Source: an uncultured Nitrospiraceae bacterium
Lineage (GTDB): Bacteria > Nitrospirota > Thermodesulfovibrionia > Thermodesulfovibrionales > UBA6898
Direction of reading: 5' to 3'
NCBI GenBank assembly: GCA_963811165.1
Contig: CAWEQH010000008.1
Coordinates: forward strand, 544,001 to 608,000
DNA length: 64,000 bases
A program made the position numbers and the translations under genes. A model generated the notes under the pieces. It had not been told where the DNA came from. It did no database searches and saw only the letters and a program-made list of their open reading frames with translations. Positions 30,871 through 43,700 of the stretch are shown piece after piece (position 1 is the first letter of the stretch; each line of letters opens with the position of its first letter).

Positions 30871-31500
30871 ATGAGGCCCTGCGCGATGCTCCTTATAGGC
30901 CCCACGGGAGTGGGGAAAACACCCTTCGGCTCCTGTCTTGAACAAAACGGCTTCAGAGGGCGGCGGTGTCTGCATTTCGATTTTGGGCACGAGTTGCGGA
31001 CGGTCGCGCAACAGGAGATTGCACCCGAAGGATTCAGTCTCAGGGAGCATCTTTTTATCCGGGACGTGCTCGAAAAAGGGCTGCTTCTTGAAAATGAACA
31101 TTTTCCTATAGCCGAAAAAGTGATCGATGCCTTCCTCCTTAAAAACGGTTTTGGGCGTGATGATATCTTGGTCCTCAATGGATTGCCGCGGCATAAGGAC
31201 CAGGCGAGGGACATAGACCGAAAGATGGATATAACCGGTCTTATTGTCCTTGAGTGCGCCGCGGAGGATATTTTCGAAAGGATAAGGTGCAACGCAGGGG
31301 GAGACCGTCTCGGAAGATCCGATGACGGGGTCGAGATGGTGCGGAAAAAACTCGAGATATTCCACACACGCACGGCGCCCCTGGTGAGTCATTATTCGAA
31401 AGCGGGGAAGGTTGTGTTTAGAGTAACGGTCGCGTCTTTCTCGACCGCCGAAGACCTTTACTCGGATTTCTTGTCCGTCGGGCGTCAGTCCCTGACCTAG
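30871..31500 (+). CDS. Adenylate-kinase-like nucleoside monophosphate kinase
   Basis: GPTGVGKT P-loop, HFDFG.ELR, LNGLPR, R.GRSDD. Confidence 0.8.
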   Translation: MRPCAMLLIGPTGVGKTPFGSCLEQNGFRGRRCLHFDFGHELRTVAQQEIAPEGFSLREHLFIRDVLEKGLLLENEHFPIAEKVIDAFLLKNGFGRDDILVLNGLPRHKDQARDIDRKMDITGLIVLECAAEDIFERIRCNAGGDRLGRSDDGVEMVRKKLEIFHTRTAPLVSHYSKAGKVVFRVTVASFSTAEDLYSDFLSVGRQSLT

Positions 31501-31661
31501 AATGGTTCAGTCATGAACGAGGGCGACCCGTGTCGCACTATCTCAAATTCCATAGTATTTTATGATAGACTTGGAACTAGCGCTGTTTTTTATCATGCGG
31601 TGGTTGTCATGGAAAAAGTCGATGAAGATAAAACCGGGAAGGAGATTGGTTTTGAGGCGGG

Positions 31662-32798
31662 ATGAGAATTAATATTGCAGATTTGCCGACCCTTACGAGA
31701 CTGCTCAACCGGAAGAAAAAGTCCCGGGGCACCGCCTACGAGTTGAACCTCGGCGTGATATTGGGCGAGATCCTTACCTGGGCCAACAAACTTGTCCCCT
31801 CAGAAGCCGGCTCCATTTTGCTTGATGACCCCCTGCTTAAGTGGGAACCTGGGTGTCGTGAACAGCTCTATTTTGCTGCGTGCTACGGAAAGGGCTCCCG
31901 GGCCCTTACCGGCAATTCGCTGCCGGAGGCGAGCGGGATAGCCGGGGTGACCTACCGGAAGGGGAAACCCTATATAAGTAAGGACGTAATGAAAGACCCG
32001 AAATTTTATCCGGAGATCGACAGAAGGCTTGGAGGCAAGACGAGGACGATCATCTGCGCACCTATCGTGATAGAAGGAGCAAAGATAGGAGTTATCGAAC
32101 TCATAAACAGGAAAGGGCGGCAGAACTATGATGACTATGATCTTGCGCTCCTTGAGATCTTCGCCGGGTACACGGCAAGCCTTATCCATAATGCTCTGAT
32201 CGGCAGGGGGTTCGAGGAACTGTCCAAGAGAGACACGCTCACGGACCTTCATAACGACAGATATTTTTTCAATAACCTGGTCCAGGAGGTCAGGAGAGCA
32301 GGGAAGGGAGGCGGAGACCTCTCGATAATATTTTTTGATCTCGACCGCTTTAAAGAGGTCAACGATACCCACGGGCATCTTGCCGGCAGTCTTGTACTCA
32401 AGGAAGTGGCCGACATATTGAGAAGGATATTCGCCGGGACCGGGGCCGTACTCTCCCGATACGGAGGGGACGAGTATGTGGTGGTCATGCCGGATTCGGA
32501 CTTAAGGGAAGCTGCCGCTTATGCCGAAAAGATAAGGGCCGGCATAGCGGGGAATGTTTTTTTACGCAACGGCGACGGTGTGCATGAGCCCCGACTTTGC
32601 ATTGAGGGAGTCATTACCTGCAGCGTAGGGGTGGCATCGCTTTCAAGGAGCGTGAAGGCGGCCGGAAGTGCAAGGGACATTGCCGAATCCCTGATAAAAG
32701 CGTCGGACGGCGCAATGTACGCGGCAAAAGAAAGCGGCAAAAACAGGGTGTCGATTTCACAATGCGGACGCGGGCCGGGAAGAAGAAAAGGAGGATGA
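31662..32798 (+). CDS. GAF-GGDEF diguanylate cyclase
   Basis: GAF; D.LT.L.N, DLDRFKEVNDTHGH.AG, RYGGDEY, AMY.AK..GKN. Confidence 0.93.
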   Translation: MRINIADLPTLTRLLNRKKKSRGTAYELNLGVILGEILTWANKLVPSEAGSILLDDPLLKWEPGCREQLYFAACYGKGSRALTGNSLPEASGIAGVTYRKGKPYISKDVMKDPKFYPEIDRRLGGKTRTIICAPIVIEGAKIGVIELINRKGRQNYDDYDLALLEIFAGYTASLIHNALIGRGFEELSKRDTLTDLHNDRYFFNNLVQEVRRAGKGGGDLSIIFFDLDRFKEVNDTHGHLAGSLVLKEVADILRRIFAGTGAVLSRYGGDEYVVVMPDSDLREAAAYAEKIRAGIAGNVFLRNGDGVHEPRLCIEGVITCSVGVASLSRSVKAAGSARDIAESLIKASDGAMYAAKESGKNRVSISQCGRGPGRRKGG

Positions 32799-32799
32799 T

Positions 32800-35700
32800 A
32801 TGCGTGGATTGTTAAGGCCGCTGGCACTGGCTTTTTTTTTGCTCATACCGGTGATCTCATCAGCGGGGGAATCTATGCCGGTCAATGACCTTACTGTTCG
32901 CTTCGACCTTGAGCACCAGACCCTCCGGGGCGTTTCAAAAATTACTTTTCCGCCTGGGAAGGCATCAGCACTGGATCTTTCCGGGATCAAGATCATTTCC
33001 ATAAGAGTAAACGGAGAGGAGCTTAAGACTGGATCCGGCACCAAGGTGGTCACTATCCGGCCCGGCGGATCTGCCGATACCGTTGAGACAGAATATGAGC
33101 TCCAATTGCGATCCTCCCCACGGACGGATAGTGAAAAGAACCCCGGCGTCGTTTACGGTAACAGTATTGACACCTCAGGAATAGTTCTTTCCGGAGGGTG
33201 GTATCCTTCGGTGGGCGGCCTTTCCCTCTTCAATTTCAAGGCGCTTCTGCCTGATGGGTTTGAGGGTATATCGGAGGCGGATGAAGTTTCGGTGAAAGAT
33301 ATGGACGGCGGGGGCAAAGAGTATATTTTTTCTTTCCCCCACCCTGTCGGCGGGATCACCTTTGCTGCAGGAAAGTACCGCGTTCAGAAGGATTCCCATG
33401 GAGCCACCGAGATTGTCGCCTATTTCTTACCGGAAGATGCGGGGCTCTCAAAAACCTATATCGAATACACGAAGAAGTATATTGAGATGTATGAAAAACT
33501 CATTGGGAAATATCCCTTTAAGAGGTTCGCCGTCGTTGAGAACGTGCAGCCGACGGGATATTCAATGCCGACTTACACCCTTTTGGGGCGGGACGTGGTG
33601 AGACTGCCTTTTATCGTCGAGACCTCTTTAGGGCACGAGATCCTGCACCAGTGGTTCGGCAACAGTGTCTACGCCGATTACGCCGGCGGCAACTGGTCTG
33701 AGGGCCTTACCACCTACCTCGCGGACCACAGGTACGAGGAACTCAAGGGGAGGGGCCGGCAATACAGAAAAGATATCATGATTTCATTCCAGAGTTATGT
33801 GACTCCCGAAAACGACTTCCCTTTGACTTCTTTCACCGGGAGGACCGACCGGGCATCGAGGGCGATCGGATACGGAAAAGCGGCAATGGTCTTCCATATG
33901 CTCAAAGGTATGCTCGGCGAGGAGATCTTTTATCGTTCGATCAGAGGCTTTGTAGAAAAGAACAGTTTCAGGACCGCCTCCTGGAGCGACATCAGAAGCG
34001 CCTTCGAAACCTCTTCCGGAAAAGACCTCTCATGGTTTTTTACACAGTGGGTCGAGGGAAAGGGGGCGCCGGAGATCGAGATCGGAACCCCATCGCTTGC
34101 GTACCGCGGGGCCAAGGCCGCCGTCTCTTTTGAGGTTACTCAGAAGGGAGATGTACTTAGGTTGTCCCTGCCGGTTAAGGTAACACTTAAGGAAGGGGAA
34201 ACAAGGGAAATATTCGAGATAGCGAAGAAGACGAACGATCTTGAAATCGAGACAGAGGGGTGGCCTGTAGGGCTGACAATCGATGATAATTATGAGGTAT
34301 TCAGGCGTCTTTCAAATGATGAGTTCCCGCCGGTCTTGTCCAGGCTGTTCGGTGATGTCAAAAAAATATTTGTTTTGCCGAAGGGCAGGCCGGAAAGCAT
34401 GGAAAAGGAATATGCTTCTGTTGCCGGATATCTTAAAGGAGAAGGTTTTACCGGCAAAAATGGGGAGGAAATCAACTATGACGACCTGAAGACTTCCTCC
34501 GTCCTTATTTTTGGTGCGGATACCCCCCTTGTCAAGAGTCTCTTCGGAGAGATGAAAAAGACCGCTCAGGACTTTTCTATTACGGTGAGAGGAAACCCTT
34601 ACAATAACAACGGTGTCATCGCTATCGTAGACAGTCCTGTTTCGGGCGGCATGGAGAAATATCTCCGCAGGATCACGCACTACGGCAAATACAGCAGGCT
34701 GTCCTTCAGAGACGGGAAGAATGTGTTGAAGGAGACAGACGAAACCCGAAACGGCATCGGCGCGACGCTGTCCGAAGATGTGCCCGGCGTTGAAATACCC
34801 CGTCTCATCAATATTGCGGACATAGCAGAAAAGGTCAGCCGCAAGAAGATAATCTATGCCGGGGAGGTCCACGTCAAATTCGAACACCATCGTGCACAGT
34901 ACGAGATCTTGCGGGAACTATACAGAAAAAACAAGAATATCATAATCGGGATGGAGATGTTCCAGAAGCCTTTTCAGAAGGCCCTCGACGACTATATATC
35001 CGGATCAATAGAGGAAAAGGAATTTCTGAAGAGGACCGAGTATTTCAAACGGTGGGGATATGACTATCCGCTGTACAGGGAAATTCTTCTTTTTGCCCGG
35101 GAGTATAAAATACCGGTGGCCGCGCTGAATATCCGCAATGAGATCGTGTCAAAGGTTTCGAAAGAGGGGCTCCTGTCGCTTTCAGTCGATGAAAGGAAGG
35201 AAATCCCTCAGGATATGGACCTTTCCGATTCGGCATATAAGGCGAGACTGAGGGCGTTGTTCGAGGGACACAGGAATTTTGAGAGCAGGAACTTTGATTT
35301 TTTTTATGAGGCCCAGGTCCTATGGGACGAAGCGATGGCGCATAACCTTGACGCATTTATGCGCGAACATCCCGGCCGCCAGGCGGTAGTCATTGTCGGT
35401 ATGGGACATCTTGCCTTCGGCTCGGGCATCCCCAAACGGGCGCACAGACTCAATGGCGAGGATTATTCGGTAATCCTCAACGACGCCGACATCGAAAATG
35501 GCATCTCGGACTTCGTGCTTTTCCCGCCCGCGGTCAGTCCCCCTGTCACGCCTAAGCTGATGGTGGTCTTAAAGGAAGAAGAAGGGAAGGTGAAGATCCA
35601 GGATTTTGCGCCGGAGAGCGTGTCTGAAAAGGCGGGTCTTAAAAAAGGCGACACGATCCTCGCCCTTGACGATACGAAAATCGAGAGTGTCGATGACATC

Positions 35701-35808
35701 AAGATTTTCCTTCTCTATAAGAAAAAGGGCGATTCAGTCGCGGTAAGGGTCATGCGTAAGAGGTTCCTCCTTGGGCCCGTGGAAAAGACGGTTACGATAA
35801 CCTTCTGA
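32800..35808 (+). CDS. Exported M1-family aminopeptidase-ChaN-PDZ fusion
   Basis: Signal peptide; HEILHQWFGN...WSEGLTTY; GE.H....HH..Q, GMEMFQ, AQVLWD..MA (ChaN-like); AGLKKGD.I (PDZ). Confidence 0.85.
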   Translation: MRGLLRPLALAFFLLIPVISSAGESMPVNDLTVRFDLEHQTLRGVSKITFPPGKASALDLSGIKIISIRVNGEELKTGSGTKVVTIRPGGSADTVETEYELQLRSSPRTDSEKNPGVVYGNSIDTSGIVLSGGWYPSVGGLSLFNFKALLPDGFEGISEADEVSVKDMDGGGKEYIFSFPHPVGGITFAAGKYRVQKDSHGATEIVAYFLPEDAGLSKTYIEYTKKYIEMYEKLIGKYPFKRFAVVENVQPTGYSMPTYTLLGRDVVRLPFIVETSLGHEILHQWFGNSVYADYAGGNWSEGLTTYLADHRYEELKGRGRQYRKDIMISFQSYVTPENDFPLTSFTGRTDRASRAIGYGKAAMVFHMLKGMLGEEIFYRSIRGFVEKNSFRTASWSDIRSAFETSSGKDLSWFFTQWVEGKGAPEIEIGTPSLAYRGAKAAVSFEVTQKGDVLRLSLPVKVTLKEGETREIFEIAKKTNDLEIETEGWPVGLTIDDNYEVFRRLSNDEFPPVLSRLFGDVKKIFVLPKGRPESMEKEYASVAGYLKGEGFTGKNGEEINYDDLKTSSVLIFGADTPLVKSLFGEMKKTAQDFSITVRGNPYNNNGVIAIVDSPVSGGMEKYLRRITHYGKYSRLSFRDGKNVLKETDETRNGIGATLSEDVPGVEIPRLINIADIAEKVSRKKIIYAGEVHVKFEHHRAQYEILRELYRKNKNIIIGMEMFQKPFQKALDDYISGSIEEKEFLKRTEYFKRWGYDYPLYREILLFAREYKIPVAALNIRNEIVSKVSKEGLLSLSVDERKEIPQDMDLSDSAYKARLRALFEGHRNFESRNFDFFYEAQVLWDEAMAHNLDAFMREHPGRQAVVIVGMGHLAFGSGIPKRAHRLNGEDYSVILNDADIENGISDFVLFPPAVSPPVTPKLMVVLKEEEGKVKIQDFAPESVSEKAGLKKGDTILALDDTKIESVDDIKIFLLYKKKGDSVAVRVMRKRFLLGPVEKTVTITF

Positions 35809-35823
35809 GGTAAGGGGGAAGTG

Positions 35824-35858
35824 AAAAAAAGAGGGCTCTTAAAGAGCCCTCTTTTTTT
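35824..35858. terminator. Bidirectional intrinsic terminator
   Basis: A7-GAGGGCTCTT-A-AAGAGCCCTC-T7 between convergent genes. Confidence 0.9.
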
Positions 35859-35882
35859 GTTTCAAAAATATGTCGGATGCAA

Positions 35883-36077
35883 TTATTTGCCGGCAGGTGC
35901 AGCAGGAGCCGGTGACGCAGCCGGAGCTTCAGACGGAGCCGGTGCGGGAGCAGGAGCCGGTGCCGGAGCAGGAGCTTCAGCAGGCTTCGGGGCCTCCTCT
36001 TTCTTCTGGCATCCAATGGTCAGTGCCAAGGACAGAACCATTATTAGAGTAAGTATTAAAGCCAAGAATTTCTTCAT
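35883..36077 (-). CDS. Small Ala/Pro-rich lipoprotein
   Basis: SD AGGAGG; MKKFLAL...LTIGC lipobox; PAPAPA tail. Confidence 0.85.
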   Translation of the reverse strand: MKKFLALILTLIMVLSLALTIGCQKKEEAPKPAEAPAPAPAPAPAPAPSEAPAASPAPAAPAGK

Positions 36078-36387
36078 TATCTTAAACACCTCCTTTCTTC
36101 GTAAAATTAACCTTATTTGCTAAGTCGCGGTTTTTCAAATATTGTGAAAATATTATACCTTTAATTTATTCCTGTCAACTAAAAATATTAAGACAAAAGA
36201 TATTTAACATACTGAAACATATAGATATGCACATCCTGTGCCATCAGAATTCCAGCGATATTATAGCACACCTGATTATCCTTCGATTCCCTTTTGAGAA
36301 AAACCATTCCCTATTAAAGGAAATCCCGGCTTTATCCTGTGTGTGTAACCCTTGTGAATCTTTTTGTTGCCGCGTATAATCCCAGTA

Positions 36388-37149
36388 ATGATACTGGCTT
36401 TGACCATAGCGGGAGCTGATCCTTCGGGCGGCGCCGGCATACAACAGGACCTCAAGGTTTTTCGTGCCTTTGGGATATACGGGATTTCCGTGATTACCTC
36501 TCTTACCGCCCAGAACTCAAGAGGGGTCGAAGGCATCATGCCTGTGCCCGGTCCTTTTGTGGAAAAACAGCTGGAGACGCTGCTGTCGGATATGAGGCCT
36601 GATGCGACGAAGACAGGCATGATCCTCACCGCGGCGAACGTTACGGCCATAGTGTCGGCGATCAAAAGGCATTCTCTCAAAAACGTCGTTGTCGATCCCG
36701 TCATGCTCTCTTCAACCGGCAGGAGTCTCAGTAAAAAGGACCTGCCGCATGCTGTCGTGAAAAAACTCCTGCCCTTTTGCACTGCCGTGACTCCAAATAT
36801 CCATGAGGCATCTGTTCTGAGCGGGATAAAGATCGCGTCCATGCATGACATGGAAAAGGCGGCGCTTCGGCTGGCCGAGCTCGGCGCGCGCAGCGCGATC
36901 ATCACCGGGGGACATCTCGATAATGCGGCGACGGACCTCTTATATGACGGGCGGTTCCATTATCTAAAGGGGAAAAAGGTGCCTGGTGAGTTTCACGGCA
37001 CGGGATGTACATTTTCGGCCGCTCTTGCTGCTGAGTTGGCAAAGGGCAGCGGGGTGCGGGAGGCTGCCGTGACTGCCAAAAGATTTATGGTGAAGGCATT
37101 CGGGGAGACTTTTAGTGCGGGGAAGGGGATGAAGTTATTCAATATATAG
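36388..37149 (+). CDS. thiD: HMP/HMP-P kinase
   Basis: LTIAGADPSGGAGIQQDLK, VVDPVM, TPN..EA, HGTGCTFS. Confidence 0.95.
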   Translation: MILALTIAGADPSGGAGIQQDLKVFRAFGIYGISVITSLTAQNSRGVEGIMPVPGPFVEKQLETLLSDMRPDATKTGMILTAANVTAIVSAIKRHSLKNVVVDPVMLSSTGRSLSKKDLPHAVVKKLLPFCTAVTPNIHEASVLSGIKIASMHDMEKAALRLAELGARSAIITGGHLDNAATDLLYDGRFHYLKGKKVPGEFHGTGCTFSAALAAELAKGSGVREAAVTAKRFMVKAFGETFSAGKGMKLFNI

Positions 37150-37278
37150 GATGACGTGCAAAGAAGGCAGGGACGCAGCCGTCTCTGGTCGGGTCCCCTC
37201 ATTTTGTCTATGGTATAATACCCGGGCATAGTGCGGAAAGAGATAATAGGTGTTCAGATCAGCCCGGAGGTAGTGGCA

Positions 37279-39786
<2,508 letters not shown>

Positions 39787-39793
39787 GGAACAT

Positions 39794-40306
39794 ATGAGAA
39801 TAAAAAAAACAAAGACCGTACTGTTCAACATTGTCATTATTTCTCTTGCGGCGCTCGCCGCCGGAGGCTGCGGATACAGTATTCACCCTCAGTCGTCGCT
39901 TCCTGCGAAGGAGATCAGCATCGGGTTGATCGACAACAGGACTATGGAGCCCAAACTTCAGGACAAGTTAGTGAGGGCACTGACCGAAGAGTTCATGAAA
40001 CAGGGCATAAGGGTAAGTCGCGGAGCGGAGTATACCATTACCGGGACAGTGAACAATTTCGACCTGGTGAGCCTTTCTACAAAGGCGGGGGTAACGGTTG
40101 AATACAGGGCGACTATGAGCGCCGAGTTCAGGCTCCTCGACCGCGAAGGCCATGTAGTGGTGGTGAAGAGCATAAGCGCTCCCTTTATCGTGGCGCTGAC
40201 CGACGAGGGAGATCTCGGGCGTCTGCTTGCCCTGAAAGATAGCGCGGAAGAGCGGGCGGTGGCCGACATCGCGATGGAGATAGTGGGCGCGTTCATGTTC
40301 AGATGA
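39794..40306 (+). CDS. lptE: LPS assembly lipoprotein LptE-like
   Basis: Lipobox GGCGY; leuS-lptE-holA synteny. Confidence 0.8.
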   Translation: MRIKKTKTVLFNIVIISLAALAAGGCGYSIHPQSSLPAKEISIGLIDNRTMEPKLQDKLVRALTEEFMKQGIRVSRGAEYTITGTVNNFDLVSLSTKAGVTVEYRATMSAEFRLLDREGHVVVVKSISAPFIVALTDEGDLGRLLALKDSAEERAVADIAMEIVGAFMFR

Positions 40307-41208
40307 GTTATCGCAATTTCCTCGATGAGATGAAAAAAGGGCTGCCTCTGACGGCCTATGTCCTGGTGGCCTCAGATCCTTTCCTTCATTCCGAGGCGAT
40401 GTCTCTGATAAAGTCGCTTGTCCCCGACGGGGAGAGAGAATTTAACTTCCAGACCTTCGATGTGGTAAACGCAAAAGAGAGCGACACCTATATCGAGCAG
40501 ATCATTGATGTGTTAAATACGGTCCCTTTCTTTTCCGGGAGGAAGTTCGTGATCGTCGAGAACCCTCATAAGCTCCTAAAGAAGGACTTAAAGAAACTCG
40601 CCCAGTACCTCCTGACGCCATCTGAAAGCTCCGTCTTGGTCCTGCTTCATCCGGGGGCTTTAAAAAAGGAGATAAAGGAGACCCTGACGGGTCTTAAGCA
40701 GATAGTCCTCGACATAGGCGAGCGGGAGGTCCCTGTCTGGCTAAAGACGAAGGCCATGTCGAGGGGGATCGAGTTGTCGGACGCTGCCGCCGATTACCTC
40801 CTGGGGACGATAGGCCCAGACCTCGGGCTTCTCTCGTCGGAGCTCGATAAATGCACCCTGATGGGGAAGCAGCGGATAGGGAAAGAGGACATCGCTGAGA
40901 CCATCGAGGGCAAGAGGACATTCAGCGCCTTCGCCCTCGTTGATGCCTTGCGGGCTAGAGACACGGAGGAGGCGTTCAGGATATACAGGGTTTTGAGAGA
41001 TACCGAGGAGCCCTACAGCCTTCTGGGGGCGCTAAACTGGCAGTACGCCAGAATTTTTGCCGGGAAAAATACCCCGGCGGAACGAAACTACTTCAACCGG
41101 GTCTTTGGTCTCATGAGCGAGGCCGATGCGGCCATAAAAAGTTCGGGGAGTGCGTATCCGATGGAGCTTCTGCTGGTCAGGCTGCTTAAGCTTTCGAAAC
41201 AGCGTTGA
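40303..41208 (+). CDS. holA: DNA polymerase III delta subunit
   Basis: FN...FD, T.PFFSGRK.VIV, L..ELDK, F.LVDAL; synteny. Confidence 0.85.
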   Translation: MSYRNFLDEMKKGLPLTAYVLVASDPFLHSEAMSLIKSLVPDGEREFNFQTFDVVNAKESDTYIEQIIDVLNTVPFFSGRKFVIVENPHKLLKKDLKKLAQYLLTPSESSVLVLLHPGALKKEIKETLTGLKQIVLDIGEREVPVWLKTKAMSRGIELSDAAADYLLGTIGPDLGLLSSELDKCTLMGKQRIGKEDIAETIEGKRTFSAFALVDALRARDTEEAFRIYRVLRDTEEPYSLLGALNWQYARIFAGKNTPAERNYFNRVFGLMSEADAAIKSSGSAYPMELLLVRLLKLSKQR

Positions 41209-41473
41209 CCTTCCTGGTCAACCTCGATATCTTCCTTGCTGCGTTATTCTTATGAATGATCCCCTTCGAACGGGCGCTGCTGATAAGCTTGGCCGCGCTT
41301 TGAAGTATTTTTGCTGCCGCTTCTTTGTCGCCGCCCTTAACTGCGGTCTCAACGGTCTTTACGGCACTCTTTAGCTTCGAGCGCTCGACCCTGTTTCGTG
41401 TGTTTTTCTTTTCGGACTGCCTCGCCCTCTTTATCGCTGAAAGGTTTTTCTTTACCGGTGCTTTTGCTGCCAA
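41186..41473 (-). CDS. rpsT: 30S ribosomal protein S20
   Basis: SAIKRARQ, KGIIHKNNAARKISRL; TTG start after AAGGAGG. Confidence 0.95.
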   Translation of the reverse strand: MAAKAPVKKNLSAIKRARQSEKKNTRNRVERSKLKSAVKTVETAVKGGDKEAAAKILQSAAKLISSARSKGIIHKNNAARKISRLTRKVNAVSKA

Positions 41474-41696
41474 ATTGGGTTCCTCCTTTAAAAAAAGTGT
41501 CTTATTTTTTACCATATAATGGGATTTTAAATCAAGTTACACCCCTTCAAAAAATTTGGCGGACTCCCGGAAGGGACCCAATAACTGCGAATTGCAGAGT
41601 GCCGTGATATGGACTTCCGGCGATATGGATATATAATGTAAATGGAAACGCAGGGGAGCAGTCTATTCCGTAAAGAGGCGCGGAAGGAGAACTGCG

Positions 41697-43625
41697 ATGA
41701 AGAGGTTAGGTCTGAACGGCTGTTTCGAAAGATTTCTTTTTAGGGGACTGCGGTCGGAGTCGTGTTTGCGTCGACCGGCAATTTTTATCGTTGCGACCTT
41801 CCTGATGTGCGCCTATGCCTTGCCCGCCGGAGCATTGACTTTGACCGTCAACGATCTCGGAGACCTCAACGACACCGGGGCTGATGGCGTATGTTTGACT
41901 TCAGCGGGGACCTGCACTCTTAGGGCTGCCATACGGGAGGTCAACTGGTCCGGTGGCGCAGACAATACGATAAATTTCAACCCGTCTCTTTCCGGGACCA
42001 TTTTGCTGAGTAGCGGGTTCGACATCATTACAAAGCCCCTCGCCATCAATGGCCCCGGCTCAGACCGGGTGAGCATCGATGCGCAAAACCTATATCGGAT
42101 ATTCTATATCGACACCCCGGCTGACAATGGGTCCTTTGTAATCAGTGATCTCAGACTTATGAGGGGAATTCAGACAAATGGGGGGGCCGTATATGCCGAT
42201 ACAGGCGATTCGCTCTCCCTTACACGAATGGTATTTGAGGGCAATAACGCATCGACGGCAGGCGGGGCCGTGAATTGCAATCACTGTGGAAGCCTTTCTA
42301 TCGCATATTCACGGTTTACGAAAAACATCGCGATATACCTCGGAGGGGGAGTATTTGCGGAAGGCGCGACGATTAACGTGGCCGATTCTTTATTTGAAGG
42401 CAATGCCGGGTCGGCTAATTTCAACGGGGGCGGGGGAATGACCGTTCTTTTGGGGACCGGCAGTATAACGGATTCTCTCTTTGAGAATAATCAGGCCGCC
42501 ATGAGTGGTGGCGGCCTGTATTTTGACGGTATCGACAACGGGACTTTGACCATCCGAGACAGCCGTTTTGTGAGAAACAATGCAGGCGGTCTAGGAGGTG
42601 GCATCTATCTTGGGAACGCCGGATCATCCGTGATCAATAGGATCACCGTTTCGGGGAATACGGCGACATCGGGGGGAGGAATTATTGTAGACGACCAATC
42701 CGCATCGATCGCCAATAGCACGGTCTCCCGAAATTCTGCCCTCTATGCGGCAGGGGGTATCTATGGCGGCGGTGATAGCACGGTCCAACTCTCAAACGTA
42801 ACGATCACCGGAAATACAGCTGATTCAAGCAAAAGCGGCTCCGGAGATGCTCTTGGAGGCGGGGTATATTCATATGCGACACTGATTGTCCAGAACTCCG
42901 TGATCGCCGGCAATGTGAGCCTCAACCCTTCATATGTATCCGGTGCCGACTGCTATAGCGTAGACAGTGTAAGTTCTGGAGGATATAATGTCATAGGAGA
43001 CGGGACGGGATGTGTGTTTGCCGGAGGCACAGGTGATCAGGTCGGAGCCGCCGGATCCCTCATCAATCCCCTCCTTGCTTCCCTCGCATGGAATGGCGGG
43101 ACCACAACGACCCATGCGCTTCTTTCCGGCAGCCCGGCCATTGACAGCGGGAACCCCGGCGGGTGTTTCTGGGACAATGACGCAGACGGAGGGACCACTA
43201 CCGCCGAGGTCCTGTTGGTTGAGGACCAGCGGGGCGCAATTCGTCCCTTCGGCGGTCGATGCGATGTAGGCGCATTCGAATGGAGCCACTGCGATAACGG
43301 CATTCAAGACAGCGACGAAACCGGCATAGACTGCGGCGGATCAGACTGTGCAGTCTGTTCATGCGGCGGAACCGATCCCGCGAAAATGAAAGACACCGGA
43401 TATGCCGATATCCAGCTTGCCTATAACGCCGCGTGGGACAGCGCGACGGTGAAGTCTCGTGCTACCGACACTTCTGAGGACCTTGTCTTCAACCGGGCTA
43501 TGCACTTCACCCTGAAGGGCGGTCACGACTGCGACTTCTTCAGGATCAGGGGCATGACGACGGTGGCGAGTCTCACTGTTTCAGCCGGCCAGCTGACGGT
43601 TGAGGATGTCGCTATCGGCCCTTAG
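41697..43625 (+). CDS. Secreted CSLREA / beta-helix (choice-of-anchor Q-like) surface protein
   Basis: CTLRAAI, repeated N.A..GGG, THALLSGSPAIDSG, DQRG..R....CDVGAFE, DSDETGIDCGG. Confidence 0.85.
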   Translation: MKRLGLNGCFERFLFRGLRSESCLRRPAIFIVATFLMCAYALPAGALTLTVNDLGDLNDTGADGVCLTSAGTCTLRAAIREVNWSGGADNTINFNPSLSGTILLSSGFDIITKPLAINGPGSDRVSIDAQNLYRIFYIDTPADNGSFVISDLRLMRGIQTNGGAVYADTGDSLSLTRMVFEGNNASTAGGAVNCNHCGSLSIAYSRFTKNIAIYLGGGVFAEGATINVADSLFEGNAGSANFNGGGGMTVLLGTGSITDSLFENNQAAMSGGGLYFDGIDNGTLTIRDSRFVRNNAGGLGGGIYLGNAGSSVINRITVSGNTATSGGGIIVDDQSASIANSTVSRNSALYAAGGIYGGGDSTVQLSNVTITGNTADSSKSGSGDALGGGVYSYATLIVQNSVIAGNVSLNPSYVSGADCYSVDSVSSGGYNVIGDGTGCVFAGGTGDQVGAAGSLINPLLASLAWNGGTTTTHALLSGSPAIDSGNPGGCFWDNDADGGTTTAEVLLVEDQRGAIRPFGGRCDVGAFEWSHCDNGIQDSDETGIDCGGSDCAVCSCGGTDPAKMKDTGYADIQLAYNAAWDSATVKSRATDTSEDLVFNRAMHFTLKGGHDCDFFRIRGMTTVASLTVSAGQLTVEDVAIGP

Positions 43626-43700
43626 CGAACAGGGTTATTCTGTCTTCACACGTATATCATTTCTTTGGTGGGGCGAGCCCGTATATGGTAAAATCACTGC

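Noticed and set aside
35821..36123. Gly/Ala-repeat ORF on the + strand
   Set aside because: Antisense shadow of the lipoprotein, which has the SD and lipobox
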